57,300 nt of DNA. It comes from Thermoplasmata archaeon. GTDB lineage: Archaea; Thermoplasmatota; Thermoplasmata; Halarchaeoplasmatales; Halarchaeoplasmataceae. A program made the position numbers and the translations under genes. The stretch covers positions 1 through 57,300 of the forward strand of contig PUNG01000062.1 in the NCBI GenBank assembly GCA_003551675.1. Reading direction: 5' to 3'. Positions 10,145-18,993 of the stretch are shown piece after piece; positions within the stretch are counted from its first letter, which is position 1, and each line of letters opens with the position of its first letter. The notes beneath the pieces were generated by a model, which saw only the letters and a program-made list of their open reading frames with translations, was not told the DNA's origin and did not search any database.

Positions 10145-12961
10145 ATGTTGATCGACGAGGAAGAGTGTTTGAGGAATCTCGAAAAGATGAGCAGAAAGAA
10201 GTTCGAGAGTATCTGCTTGGAACTGTTGGAGATCATGGGTTTTCATATCTCAGACGTAAAATCGTTGAGTGGAGATATCGTCGCCGAAGGAAGATTAGAA
10301 AAAGAGGATGAAAGACCACTAGATTACATAATCAAGTGTACCCGGTCCGGAGGCGATGTGAAAGTAGAGATAGAGAGCTTGAAAAAGATGATGACGGCAA
10401 GATCCCACGGCCTTCTATTGACCACCAAAAAGATCGATGCTGAAATAGACGATTCCGATATAGAGGTTGCGGGTGGAGATAGATTTTATAGGCTATTAGA
10501 TAATTTTGGTCTTTTATCGAGGGTTGAAAAGAAGGAAGAGAAGAGAAGTGGAGGTAGACTTCTTAGAGAAGGGGATCACTGCCTCTCCGAAGGAAATTAC
10601 GAGCAGGCTTTAGAGTATTACGAACGGGCCATAGCCGAGGAAAACGAGCCGGCCCTGGCTTTTTTAAAAAAGGGCTTGATATTCTTTGAAAAGAATAGTT
10701 TGGAGGAAGCGGAGGAGGCTTTTAGAGATTCTTTGGACCTAGATCCCGATAATCCCGAAGCATGGGTCAAATTAGGACAGATACATGATGGTAGAGACGA
10801 AAAGGAAAAGGCCGTAGAACTCTACGATAAGGCCCTTGATTACGACGAAGATAGTATAGAAGCCTGGAAAGGCAAGGGTAAGACGCTCCGAGATCTAGAA
10901 CTATACGACGAAGCTGTTCTCTGCTTCGATAGGATGATCGAGATAGAACCTAAAAATTTTAAAGCTTGGAACGAAAAAGGCCTGTGCCACTTGAATAAAA
11001 GAGAATACAAAGAAGCACTGGATGCGTTCAACAGCGCCTTGACCATACAGCCAAGGTTTGAAGAAGCTATGTTGAATAAGGCGTTGGTGTTCGAAAAACT
11101 CGGTAAGATCAAACAGGCTTTGTCCGTAGCAGAAAAGTTGGTGGATTCTAACGCAAAAAATGCGGAATATCACTACATAAAAGGTGCATATCTGGAAAAA
11201 TTAGGGGAGAATAAAGACGCGTGGAGATCCATCCAAAGAGCGCTGCAGCTCGATCCTGGGCACAAAAAAGCCCAAGAACTGCAGTTCATCCTTCAAGAAA
11301 AACTTGGAAGAGGCACTGACACGTCTATAGTGGGAGAAGCACGGCAAAGGATCACTTCAAAGGAGATAGAGGAAGAGATAAAGGCTGCCGTGGGAACCGA
11401 AGACCAAGGAAAACTCAGCATAATCCCAAAGGGCGGTGGAAAATTTGAACTCAAGATAGACGATAAAAAGGAAGAGATCACCGAGCTGAAGGGGAAAAAG
11501 GATGAGTTGGAGAAAGATCTAGAAAAGAGAGAGAAAGAGATCACGGATCTAGCTGACGAATTAGAAGACACGAAAAGGAGATTGAAGGAAAAGGAAGAAA
11601 AAGAGGATGGAGAGGCGGAAGCTAGTGAAAAAGTCAGCGAGTTGATGGACCGTGAAGAGGAATTGGAAGGACTGCTCAGCGGAAAAAAAGAAGATATTCA
11701 GCAGTTAGAAGATGAAAAATACGAGCTCGAAAATACGGTAAGAGATCTAGAAGAACAGATCGCAAAATGGGAAAACATAGAAAAAGAGATGGAAAAGAAA
11801 GAAAAAGATATAGATCAATTGGTAGGTGAAAGGGAAGTCCTGAAAAGCAAATTGAACAAAAAAAGAGAGGAAACTAAAGAACTTATGGACCGATTAGAAA
11901 TGTTGAAGAAAGAAACTGAGAGAAAAGACAAAAAAATAAAAGAGTTGAAGGATAAAGAAAAGTACTACAAGGGGATGATAGAGGGGGAAGAGGTGGTTGG
12001 CGCTTACATGGATCGAAACATATATGGAGAAAGGAGAGGGGTGAAGGAGGCACGGTTGTTATGGACCATGGGGGAAAACAGTGAAGCTCTGGAACATGCA
12101 CCAAGAGTGGACCATAAAAGAGCATATAATATCATGGGTTGTTGCTTCTATGATCTTGGAGACATGGACTCCGCCGAAGATATGTTCGAAAATGCCCGAC
12201 CGTGGCTTTTGTCGGATCTCAATCTCGAGGAGATGTATTACAACCGTGGTAGATATGAAGATGCCGGGAGTCTGGTAGAAGAGTTGAATCAAAGGAAAGG
12301 CGCCTTTGAAGATGTATTATCTTTTTTAGAGAGAGGTAGTGAAACTCTGCGTCGTTTGGAAAGATTAGGGTCCGCTGTAGAGCTTTATGAGAAAGCGGAA
12401 AGATTAGAAAGTGACCCCTTAGTGGATTTTGTCATGGCAAAGGCCAGATGTATAGTAAAAAAAGAGGGACTGAGTCAAGGTATAGGATCGCTTGAAAGTA
12501 TAGGATCTAAGGAAGATCATCTTGAGATTTTGAACCTTTTAGGTGTATTTTATCTTAAAGATAAGAAGTACAAGAAAAGTTTTGAAATATATTCGAAGAT
12601 GGTTGAAGAGGCAAAAAACGATCATCGGTACTTGAATAATCTCGGGTGTAGCGCTCATCATCTTGAGAAGTTCGATGAAGCCATGAACGCTTTTGAAGAC
12701 GCCCTAGGATCAAAACCAGATCACCGTATAATATTGAACAACCTTGGTTTTTGTCAGCTCGAGATGAATCTGGTCGACGCTGCCCTTGAGACCTTTAAGA
12801 GGGCCGTTGAAGTGAACAAAAAAGATCCTGTGAGCTGGTACAATAAAGGGATCGCGTTGAAAAGACTCGAAGACGAGGGGTGGCGTGAAGCGGTAGAGAG
12901 GGCCGTCGAATTGGAACCTGATTTTGAAGAAGCTAAAAAAATACTGAATGAAGAAGACTGA
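10145..12961 (+). CDS. Large TPR protein with degenerate Mrr-like N-terminal domain and central coiled coil
   Basis: Multiple TPR motifs (AWxxKG...A...F/Y...AL..DP), about 180 aa of E/K-rich heptads, and an N-terminal FE..LL..MGF...DI...IIKC...LLLTT...IEVAGG pattern. Confidence 0.8.
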   Translation: MLIDEEECLRNLEKMSRKKFESICLELLEIMGFHISDVKSLSGDIVAEGRLEKEDERPLDYIIKCTRSGGDVKVEIESLKKMMTARSHGLLLTTKKIDAEIDDSDIEVAGGDRFYRLLDNFGLLSRVEKKEEKRSGGRLLREGDHCLSEGNYEQALEYYERAIAEENEPALAFLKKGLIFFEKNSLEEAEEAFRDSLDLDPDNPEAWVKLGQIHDGRDEKEKAVELYDKALDYDEDSIEAWKGKGKTLRDLELYDEAVLCFDRMIEIEPKNFKAWNEKGLCHLNKREYKEALDAFNSALTIQPRFEEAMLNKALVFEKLGKIKQALSVAEKLVDSNAKNAEYHYIKGAYLEKLGENKDAWRSIQRALQLDPGHKKAQELQFILQEKLGRGTDTSIVGEARQRITSKEIEEEIKAAVGTEDQGKLSIIPKGGGKFELKIDDKKEEITELKGKKDELEKDLEKREKEITDLADELEDTKRRLKEKEEKEDGEAEASEKVSELMDREEELEGLLSGKKEDIQQLEDEKYELENTVRDLEEQIAKWENIEKEMEKKEKDIDQLVGEREVLKSKLNKKREETKELMDRLEMLKKETERKDKKIKELKDKEKYYKGMIEGEEVVGAYMDRNIYGERRGVKEARLLWTMGENSEALEHAPRVDHKRAYNIMGCCFYDLGDMDSAEDMFENARPWLLSDLNLEEMYYNRGRYEDAGSLVEELNQRKGAFEDVLSFLERGSETLRRLERLGSAVELYEKAERLESDPLVDFVMAKARCIVKKEGLSQGIGSLESIGSKEDHLEILNLLGVFYLKDKKYKKSFEIYSKMVEEAKNDHRYLNNLGCSAHHLEKFDEAMNAFEDALGSKPDHRIILNNLGFCQLEMNLVDAALETFKRAVEVNKKDPVSWYNKGIALKRLEDEGWREAVERAVELEPDFEEAKKILNEED

Positions 12962-12963
12962 AG

Positions 12964-13037
12964 TGCGGTTGCCGGGATTCGAACCCGGGCCACAAGCTTG
13001 GGAAGCTTGGGTCCTGACCAGTCTAGACCACAACCGC
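12964..13037 (-). tRNA. tRNA-Gly(CCC), intronless, CCA not encoded
   Basis: Reverse complement GCGGTTG...CAAGC-TTCCCAA-GCTTG...GGTTCGAATCC...CAACCGCA folds as a cloverleaf. Confidence 0.96.
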
Positions 13038-13054
13038 CGTACAAACAGTTGGGC

Positions 13055-13083
13055 GGGGGAGACCCCTTTATTTCATGTGGAAC
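13055..13083. repeat. 29-bp dispersed repeat, copy 1
   Basis: GGGGGAGACCCCTTTATTTCATGTGGAAC; its exact reverse complement is at 16130-16158. Confidence 0.92.
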
Positions 13084-13093
13084 CCGACAGGTA

Positions 13094-13471
13094 TTACCTT
13101 CTTATGTTCAACTCTTCTTCTTTTTCTATGACTTTCTCTTCGTACTCGGGTCCTAATTTTAGTGCCAAGGTTTCTATGCGTACGATATTCTTTCTAAATT
13201 TGCTTTTGCTCTCAGTTTCATATAGATCTTTGAATTCCTGTAAGTTCTTGTATCTGAAGATTATAACAAGTGCAAATATGAACACTAGTATGATTCCAAA
13301 TACAAGAGCCCACCATACCCAATTTCCCATGGGTTCAGTTATACTTTCCAATGCCGCAGGGCTGCTCAGAACGGCACCAAAAAGTCCGATCAGTAAAAGA
13401 AAAACTCCAACGATCGTACCTATAATAGATATAGTAAATTCGTGTTTCCGTACAGATGTTTTTAGGCTCAT
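13094..13471 (-). CDS. Small two-TM membrane protein (DUF3198-like)
   Basis: Two hydrophobic helices and a charged C-terminus SKSKFRKN...LGPEYEEK; family recalled, not verified. Confidence 0.7.
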   Translation of the reverse strand: MSLKTSVRKHEFTISIIGTIVGVFLLLIGLFGAVLSSPAALESITEPMGNWVWWALVFGIILVFIFALVIIFRYKNLQEFKDLYETESKSKFRKNIVRIETLALKLGPEYEEKVIEKEEELNIRR

Positions 13472-13512
13472 ATATCAACATGAGTTAGGGAACCGTACTT
13501 AAATTTTTTCTC

Positions 13513-14928
13513 TTAGTGTTCATGATCGTGAACATGATCGTGAACATGCACGTTCATGAAAGCCCTTTCTACTACTTCACTCAAAGAAGGATGGATATGC
13601 ATGCCCCTATAGATAGGAACGGCCGTACCATCTCCGGTATACATCAAGTTTACTACCTCCTGGATCAAAACCGATGCATGGGGACCTACGATATGTGCAC
13701 CTAATATCTTGTAAGATCCCTGCTCGATTATCACTTTAACGAAGCAATCTTTAATCCCCATGGCGGAGCCTTTCGCGGTCCGTTCAAAGGGGTAATGCCC
13801 CACCAATATATCGTGGTCGAGAGCGGCCTCCCTTTCTTTAAGGCCCACGGACGCTACTTGAGGATTCGTATATATAGCATAAGGGATTGCGTGATGATCC
13901 ACTTCTCTTACTCCTTCACCAAAGGCGTTGTGGTATACCACTTCGGCTTCGTGATTTGCTACGTGCTTGAACATGTATTTACCCGTAGCATCACCGAGCG
14001 CCCAAATATGGTCTTTGGAGGTTTCTAGTGTTTTATCCACCTTTATCCAACCTTTATCGTTTAGCTCTATGCCGCTATTTTCAGGTTTCAGCAGGTCCGA
14101 GTTAGACCTTCTTCCCGCAGCCAAAAGGATATTCTCGGTTTTACCACTAAGTTTTTTGTTTTGATGGTCGTCCGTCACCGACTTTGCGATCACTCTCTTT
14201 TTACCTTTTTTCTCTTCTACCTTCACCACTTCGTACCCTGTATATATATCCATAAATCTAGTAAGTTTTTTTTCTAGCACTTCCGAAACTTCCCTTTCTC
14301 CAGAAGGGACGAATCGAGAGTTCTTTCCGATTATCGTTACCTTCGCTCCCATCAAAGCCAAAAAGTATCCATATTCCGCTGCTATGTATCCACCGCCGAT
14401 TATGGTCACCTTTTTTGGTAGCTCTTTCAGATCCAATATGGACTTACTGGTCAGATAGTCTACACTTTCTAAGTTTTCGATGGAGGGTATAAACGGTCTA
14501 GATCCACAGCCCAGTACTATCTTTTCTCCTTTTATGGTTTTGTTTCCCACCTTTAAAGTGTAGTCTTCAACGAACTCGGCGGTCTCCTGATAAAAATCGA
14601 GTGCGTGGGTTTTTTTCAAGTTCCTCTCTATCTTTTTACTTTCTCCCCTAGTATGTTCTCTCATCCTGTTCATTATGTGTGTAAAATCTATATCTTTGAT
14701 CTCTGTATCTATACCAAATTGTTTTGCTTTGAGTATGTTTTCGACCACTTCCGCGGGATAGATCAACATCTTGGACGGGATACAACCCCGGGTCAAACAG
14801 ATCCCACCAGGTGCTTCGTTCTCTATAACCGCAACGCTCAGATCCGGCTTTTCCTTCAGCGCACGGGACACTACGCTCATGGCTGAACCGGTACCTATGC
14901 TAATCAAATCATAATTTTTAACGCTCAT
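13513..14928 (-). CDS. lpdA: Dihydrolipoamide dehydrogenase-family flavoprotein disulfide reductase (candidate GCS L protein)
   Basis: Redox motif GGICLTRGCIPSK, IIGGGYI, ALGD, HPSLSE. Start trimmed to MSVKNYDL; divergent from gcvT. Confidence 0.82.
   Translation of the reverse strand: MSVKNYDLISIGTGSAMSVVSRALKEKPDLSVAVIENEAPGGICLTRGCIPSKMLIYPAEVVENILKAKQFGIDTEIKDIDFTHIMNRMREHTRGESKKIERNLKKTHALDFYQETAEFVEDYTLKVGNKTIKGEKIVLGCGSRPFIPSIENLESVDYLTSKSILDLKELPKKVTIIGGGYIAAEYGYFLALMGAKVTIIGKNSRFVPSGEREVSEVLEKKLTRFMDIYTGYEVVKVEEKKGKKRVIAKSVTDDHQNKKLSGKTENILLAAGRRSNSDLLKPENSGIELNDKGWIKVDKTLETSKDHIWALGDATGKYMFKHVANHEAEVVYHNAFGEGVREVDHHAIPYAIYTNPQVASVGLKEREAALDHDILVGHYPFERTAKGSAMGIKDCFVKVIIEQGSYKILGAHIVGPHASVLIQEVVNLMYTGDGTAVPIYRGMHIHPSLSEVVERAFMNVHVHDHVHDHEH
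13521..13548. repeat. 12-bp tandem repeat encoding a His-rich tail
   Basis: CATGATCGTGAA x2 plus CATG; encodes HVHDHVHDHEH on the minus strand. Confidence 0.8.
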
Positions 14929-15022
14929 ACTTTTCGATATAGGGAAGGAACACATGTAAGTCTTTCCCTCCGTAGAGAGAAAAAAGATAAAAACTTTTAA
15001 GGGATGACCCGATAACGATATC

Positions 15023-16123
15023 ATGAAGGAAACCGCCCTTAAATCCAAACATGAAGACGCCGGAGCCAAGATGACCAGTTTTGGAGGCTACCAGATGCCT
15101 CTAAAATTTACCAGTATAAACAAAGAACATAAAGCAGTCAGAGAAGCAGCAGGCATCTTTGACGTATCTCATATGGGTGCCGTACTACTAAAAGGAGAAG
15201 GAGCCATCGAATTCATCAGTGAACACTGTACCATGAACATTGTAGAGTCTGAAGTAGATCAACTCAAATATGCCCATATATTGAACGAAGACGGAGGGAT
15301 AATCGACGATACCATAGTGACCAGGCTTTCGAAGGATTCGTGTTACATCGTTCCAAACGTAGGCAAAAACGAAAAAGTCTGTGAATGGTTCGAAGAAAGA
15401 GGAGGAGAAGAATATATTATCGATCTAACCGGAAAAACCGTTATCATGGCTATCCAGGGGCCTGATGCGGAGAAAACCCTTCAACAACTGACCGACGAAG
15501 ACCTTTCCAAGATAGAGTTTTTCCAATCTAAACAAATCCCCATCAATGAGGACGTGATGGGTGAGTTCGACAAGGATTGGTCCATGTCCGATACTCCTAT
15601 AGTACAGCGAAGTGGTTACACAGGAGAAGACGGTTTTGAAGTGGTACTGCCCAACGAAGCGGGTATAGAACTGTGGGATCAGCTGATGTCACTCGAGGAA
15701 CCCCCTGTAAGATGCGGACTCGGTGCTAGGGACACCCTAAGGATCGAATTCGGCTTTTTACTAGGAGGCAACGACTTTGACGAATCTAGAACAACCATCG
15801 AAACGGGATGGGAAGAGCATGCAGTAGAATGGGACCATGATTTCGTGGGTAAAGAAAGTCTCGAAAAGATAAAAGAGGAAGAACACCAGATGTTGAAGGG
15901 ATTCGTCATGGAAAATAAAGGGATCCCCAGACACGGTTACGTTATTTACGATAAAGATAAAAAGATAGGAAAGATAACAAGCGGTACTAGATCACCCGTA
16001 TTGGAAAAAGGCATCGCTTTGGGCTATGTAGATCCAGATTACCATGAAGAGGGGAGTAAAGTACAGATAGAGATACGAGGCGATAAAAGAGAGGCCGAAG
16101 TTACAAATCCTCCCTTCATATGA
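15023..16123 (+). CDS. gcvT: Glycine cleavage system T protein (aminomethyltransferase)
   Basis: FDVSHMG, DDTIV, QGP, RSGYTGEDGFE, GLGARDTLRIE. Confidence 0.96.
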   Translation: MKETALKSKHEDAGAKMTSFGGYQMPLKFTSINKEHKAVREAAGIFDVSHMGAVLLKGEGAIEFISEHCTMNIVESEVDQLKYAHILNEDGGIIDDTIVTRLSKDSCYIVPNVGKNEKVCEWFEERGGEEYIIDLTGKTVIMAIQGPDAEKTLQQLTDEDLSKIEFFQSKQIPINEDVMGEFDKDWSMSDTPIVQRSGYTGEDGFEVVLPNEAGIELWDQLMSLEEPPVRCGLGARDTLRIEFGFLLGGNDFDESRTTIETGWEEHAVEWDHDFVGKESLEKIKEEEHQMLKGFVMENKGIPRHGYVIYDKDKKIGKITSGTRSPVLEKGIALGYVDPDYHEEGSKVQIEIRGDKREAEVTNPPFI

Positions 16124-16129
16124 TGGGAT

Positions 16130-16158
16130 GTTCCACATGAAATAAAGGGGTCTCCCCC
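16130..16158. repeat. 29-bp dispersed repeat, copy 2 (inverted relative to copy 1)
   Basis: GTTCCACATGAAATAAAGGGGTCTCCCCC immediately after the gcvT stop. Confidence 0.92.
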
Positions 16159-16185
16159 TGTAGAGAAGATAGAGGTGGTATATAT

Positions 16186-17247
16186 ATGAAAGAACTCGAA
16201 GGATCAGAGGTATTTAGCGAATTGTTGAAAACCCCCGGCGTTTCAGGATACGAAGGCCCAATCAGAGATAAGATAAAAGAGATGATAGAGCAGCATACTG
16301 AGGATAAAAAAACCATCAGAGAAGACAATATAGGCAATCTTATCTACGAGATGAAAAACAAAGATAACAAACCCAGTGTAGCGCTGGTAGCGCATATGGA
16401 TGAGATCGGTCTGGTAGTTTCCAACATCGAGGAAAACGGTTACCTGAGGATAAAGAAGATCGGAGGAGTCTTAGATCCTCTCTTACCTGGTAGACACGTG
16501 ACCATACATACCAAAAAAGGACCGATAAACGGAGTGATCGGCCACAAACCCCCTCATCTTACCACCGATAAGGACAAGGACGAGAGCGTAACGCCTTGGA
16601 CCAAAACCCACGTCGACGTTGGAGCTCGGTCCGCCGAGGAAGTGAAAGACATGGGCATCGACGTTCCAGACTCCATCACATTCAACAAAAAAGTGAGAAG
16701 GTTGAACGAATACGTGATCTCCGGTAGAGCCTTGGATAACAGGATAGGTTGTTATGCACTTTTAGAATTATTGAAACGCTGGACTTCAACAAAAGATGAA
16801 TTGGACGTATCCCTTTCCTATATCTGGAGCGTCCAAGAAGAGATAGGGCTCAGAGGAGCCAAAGTTGTTGCCAACACCATGGATCCGGACTACGTGATAG
16901 CTTTGGATACTTACACTACGTCGGATATGCCGGGTATCGAAGAGTTTTACAAACCCATCAAGTTCGGTGAGGGCCCGGTTCTCCGCATGGTCGATACAAG
17001 GGCCATATCTTCTCCAAAGATGGTGGAACACTTTAAAGAAGTGGCTGAAGATGAAAGTATACCTTACCAATACGGGGTCACCGGAGGAACTACCGACGGT
17101 ATGGCACTTCAGGAAACGGGCTGTTTGACATTATCCGTAGGCGTTCCAGTCAAATATTCTCACTCTACTGTAGAGTGCGCCGACTGGAGAGATGTAAAGA
17201 ACTTGATAGAATTGATAGAAAAGGGAGTCCAAAACTTACCATTCTAA
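16186..17247 (+). CDS. M42-family (TET-type) aminopeptidase
   Basis: PGVSGYE, AHMDEIG, ALDNR, VQEEIGLRGA, GGTTDG, YSHS. Confidence 0.93.
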   Translation: MKELEGSEVFSELLKTPGVSGYEGPIRDKIKEMIEQHTEDKKTIREDNIGNLIYEMKNKDNKPSVALVAHMDEIGLVVSNIEENGYLRIKKIGGVLDPLLPGRHVTIHTKKGPINGVIGHKPPHLTTDKDKDESVTPWTKTHVDVGARSAEEVKDMGIDVPDSITFNKKVRRLNEYVISGRALDNRIGCYALLELLKRWTSTKDELDVSLSYIWSVQEEIGLRGAKVVANTMDPDYVIALDTYTTSDMPGIEEFYKPIKFGEGPVLRMVDTRAISSPKMVEHFKEVAEDESIPYQYGVTGGTTDGMALQETGCLTLSVGVPVKYSHSTVECADWRDVKNLIELIEKGVQNLPF

Positions 17248-17585
17248 GAACGAAGCACCACTTTGTCACCCACGTTCCAATCATGGATATCTGTTAAATG
17301 GGTGGGCACCTCCAACACATATTTAACTCCTTTATCCGAAGTTATACCCGTGGTGAAGGGTGATATGTCCCTTTTGATATCGACGATAACTTTTTCTTGA
17401 TCCAAAAACACGCAGTGGAAGTCAAAAAAAACAAAAAACGAATGTAGAGTTACTTTCTTTCTTTCCTCCACGAACTCCATCAACAGTGCGTAGTCCACCT
17501 CCTTTTTGAACATGAGACCCAACACTTTTCTAAATGGATTACTCACTCTTTTTACATTCACTCCTTCAGGAAGTTTCACGACCAT
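17244..17585 (-). CDS. DUF192 (UPF0127) protein
   Basis: GLMF, LHSFFV, YVLEVP, VGDKV pattern. Confidence 0.8.
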   Translation of the reverse strand: MVVKLPEGVNVKRVSNPFRKVLGLMFKKEVDYALLMEFVEERKKVTLHSFFVFFDFHCVFLDQEKVIVDIKRDISPFTTGITSDKGVKYVLEVPTHLTDIHDWNVGDKVVLRS

Positions 17586-17619
17586 TTAAGATCCCTCGAT
17601 ACGAGCTGTTTTTGCCGAT

Positions 17620-18993
17620 CTAGAATTCCGTAGTTCCCGTAAACCTGAAATCGGATATTTTGAGCGCAGGACTAACGAAATAGGCAGGCCAATAACCCAT
17701 CGAGTATAACTTTCTTTCCTTTCCTATGGATTCTATATTGTTGAACGCGTCTATAAGATTCTGCGTGAATCTCAGATTCTTTAACGGATGCTTTAGTTCG
17801 CCGTTTTCGACCAGCCAAGTCCCGTCTCTGGTGAGCCCCGTTAGTATGCCCTTTACAGGATGAACTGGGTTGCAGTAGTTGAACCTGGTCACAAGTATAC
17901 CCTTTTCAGTCTCTTGGATCATATCTTCAAGGGGATAGTCGCCGGTATCCATCAATAGATTCATGGCCAAGGGACCCATGGGATTAGGCATGGCCAAAGC
18001 ATGGCCAGTAGATTCTTTATCCTTTTCTCTTCCCGCAGTGTATGAATCATAAACCACTTTATTGGCCACACCTTCTTTGATTATATCCACTCTCTGTTTG
18101 GGTACTCCTTCGTAATCGAATGGAAACCCGATCATATCAGCATCGGATACATCGTCGTATATGTTTATCCGTTCATCCATTATCTTGTCTCCGAATTTAC
18201 CGTTCATAAAACTCCTTTCTTCCTGCACGCTTTTTGCGCTGAACCCCATCATATCGAGGTATATCAATATATCTTTAGCCGCTAGGGGTTCGAGGATCAC
18301 GTCGTATTCGCCGGGCTTTATCTTTTTTGGATCTAGATTGTTCAATCCCTTTTCCACGGCGGTTTTAGCCACGTGGAGATGGTCGATATCTGAAACGTCT
18401 GCGGAGCACATCTCGCCCCAGCCGAACCCCTGGTCGTTGTCCCAATCCGCGATGGCGCAGGTGGTTATATTTGATGAGGTAAGCCTGGAAAAACCCTCTA
18501 CTCCGTGGGAATTAGCTACGAACAGGCCGCTGCTTTCGGTTTTAAAGGCACCGTAGACTCTATCGACTCCTTTCTCGTTGGCCATCTCGATTATTTCTTT
18601 CACTTTTTCCGCCTTTTGGTCTGGAGAATGATCCGCGGTCTTATCGATATAGATATCTTTTTTATCTTTTAGACCTTTCACATCGGGCAGACTTTTAAAA
18701 TCCGGATCCTTTCTCTGGTTCCTCGCGATGTTTTCCGCCCTGGTCAGGCAGTTCAAAGCCGCATCTTCATCCAAGGCGTTGGTGGTGGCCGAGCCTATCT
18801 TCTTTCCGAAAACGGCCCTTATCGCTAGATTGAAATTATTCCGGGCTATGTTCTGATGTATCTTTGAATTGGCGTACCTTGTAAGTGCGGAATCATTATG
18901 AGATATCCTCACTTCCAGTTCATCCGCTTTGGCGTTTTTAAATATTTTATCGGCTAGGCCTTCAAATCTCTCTTCGTAGTTTTTCCCTACCAT
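17620..18993 (-). CDS. pmbA: TldE/PmbA-family protein
   Basis: LTRYANSKIHQN, PGEYDVILEP, DYEGVP, TGLTRDG; lacks HExxxH; coupled to tldD. Confidence 0.88.
   Translation of the reverse strand: MVGKNYEERFEGLADKIFKNAKADELEVRISHNDSALTRYANSKIHQNIARNNFNLAIRAVFGKKIGSATTNALDEDAALNCLTRAENIARNQRKDPDFKSLPDVKGLKDKKDIYIDKTADHSPDQKAEKVKEIIEMANEKGVDRVYGAFKTESSGLFVANSHGVEGFSRLTSSNITTCAIADWDNDQGFGWGEMCSADVSDIDHLHVAKTAVEKGLNNLDPKKIKPGEYDVILEPLAAKDILIYLDMMGFSAKSVQEERSFMNGKFGDKIMDERINIYDDVSDADMIGFPFDYEGVPKQRVDIIKEGVANKVVYDSYTAGREKDKESTGHALAMPNPMGPLAMNLLMDTGDYPLEDMIQETEKGILVTRFNYCNPVHPVKGILTGLTRDGTWLVENGELKHPLKNLRFTQNLIDAFNNIESIGKERKLYSMGYWPAYFVSPALKISDFRFTGTTEF

Noticed and set aside
12948-13502. 184-aa plus-strand ORF
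   Set aside because: Antisense to tRNA-Gly and the membrane protein gene; shadow ORF.
14929-15069. N-terminal extensions in the ORF track (lpdA; also gap, roadblock, Zn-ribbon protein)
   Set aside because: They overlap divergent genes or promoters, and family motifs begin at downstream ATGs.
13055-16158. 29-bp repeats as a CRISPR array or composite transposon ends
   Set aside because: Two inverted copies 3 kb apart with no spacers, cas genes or transposase; the enclosed genes are housekeeping.
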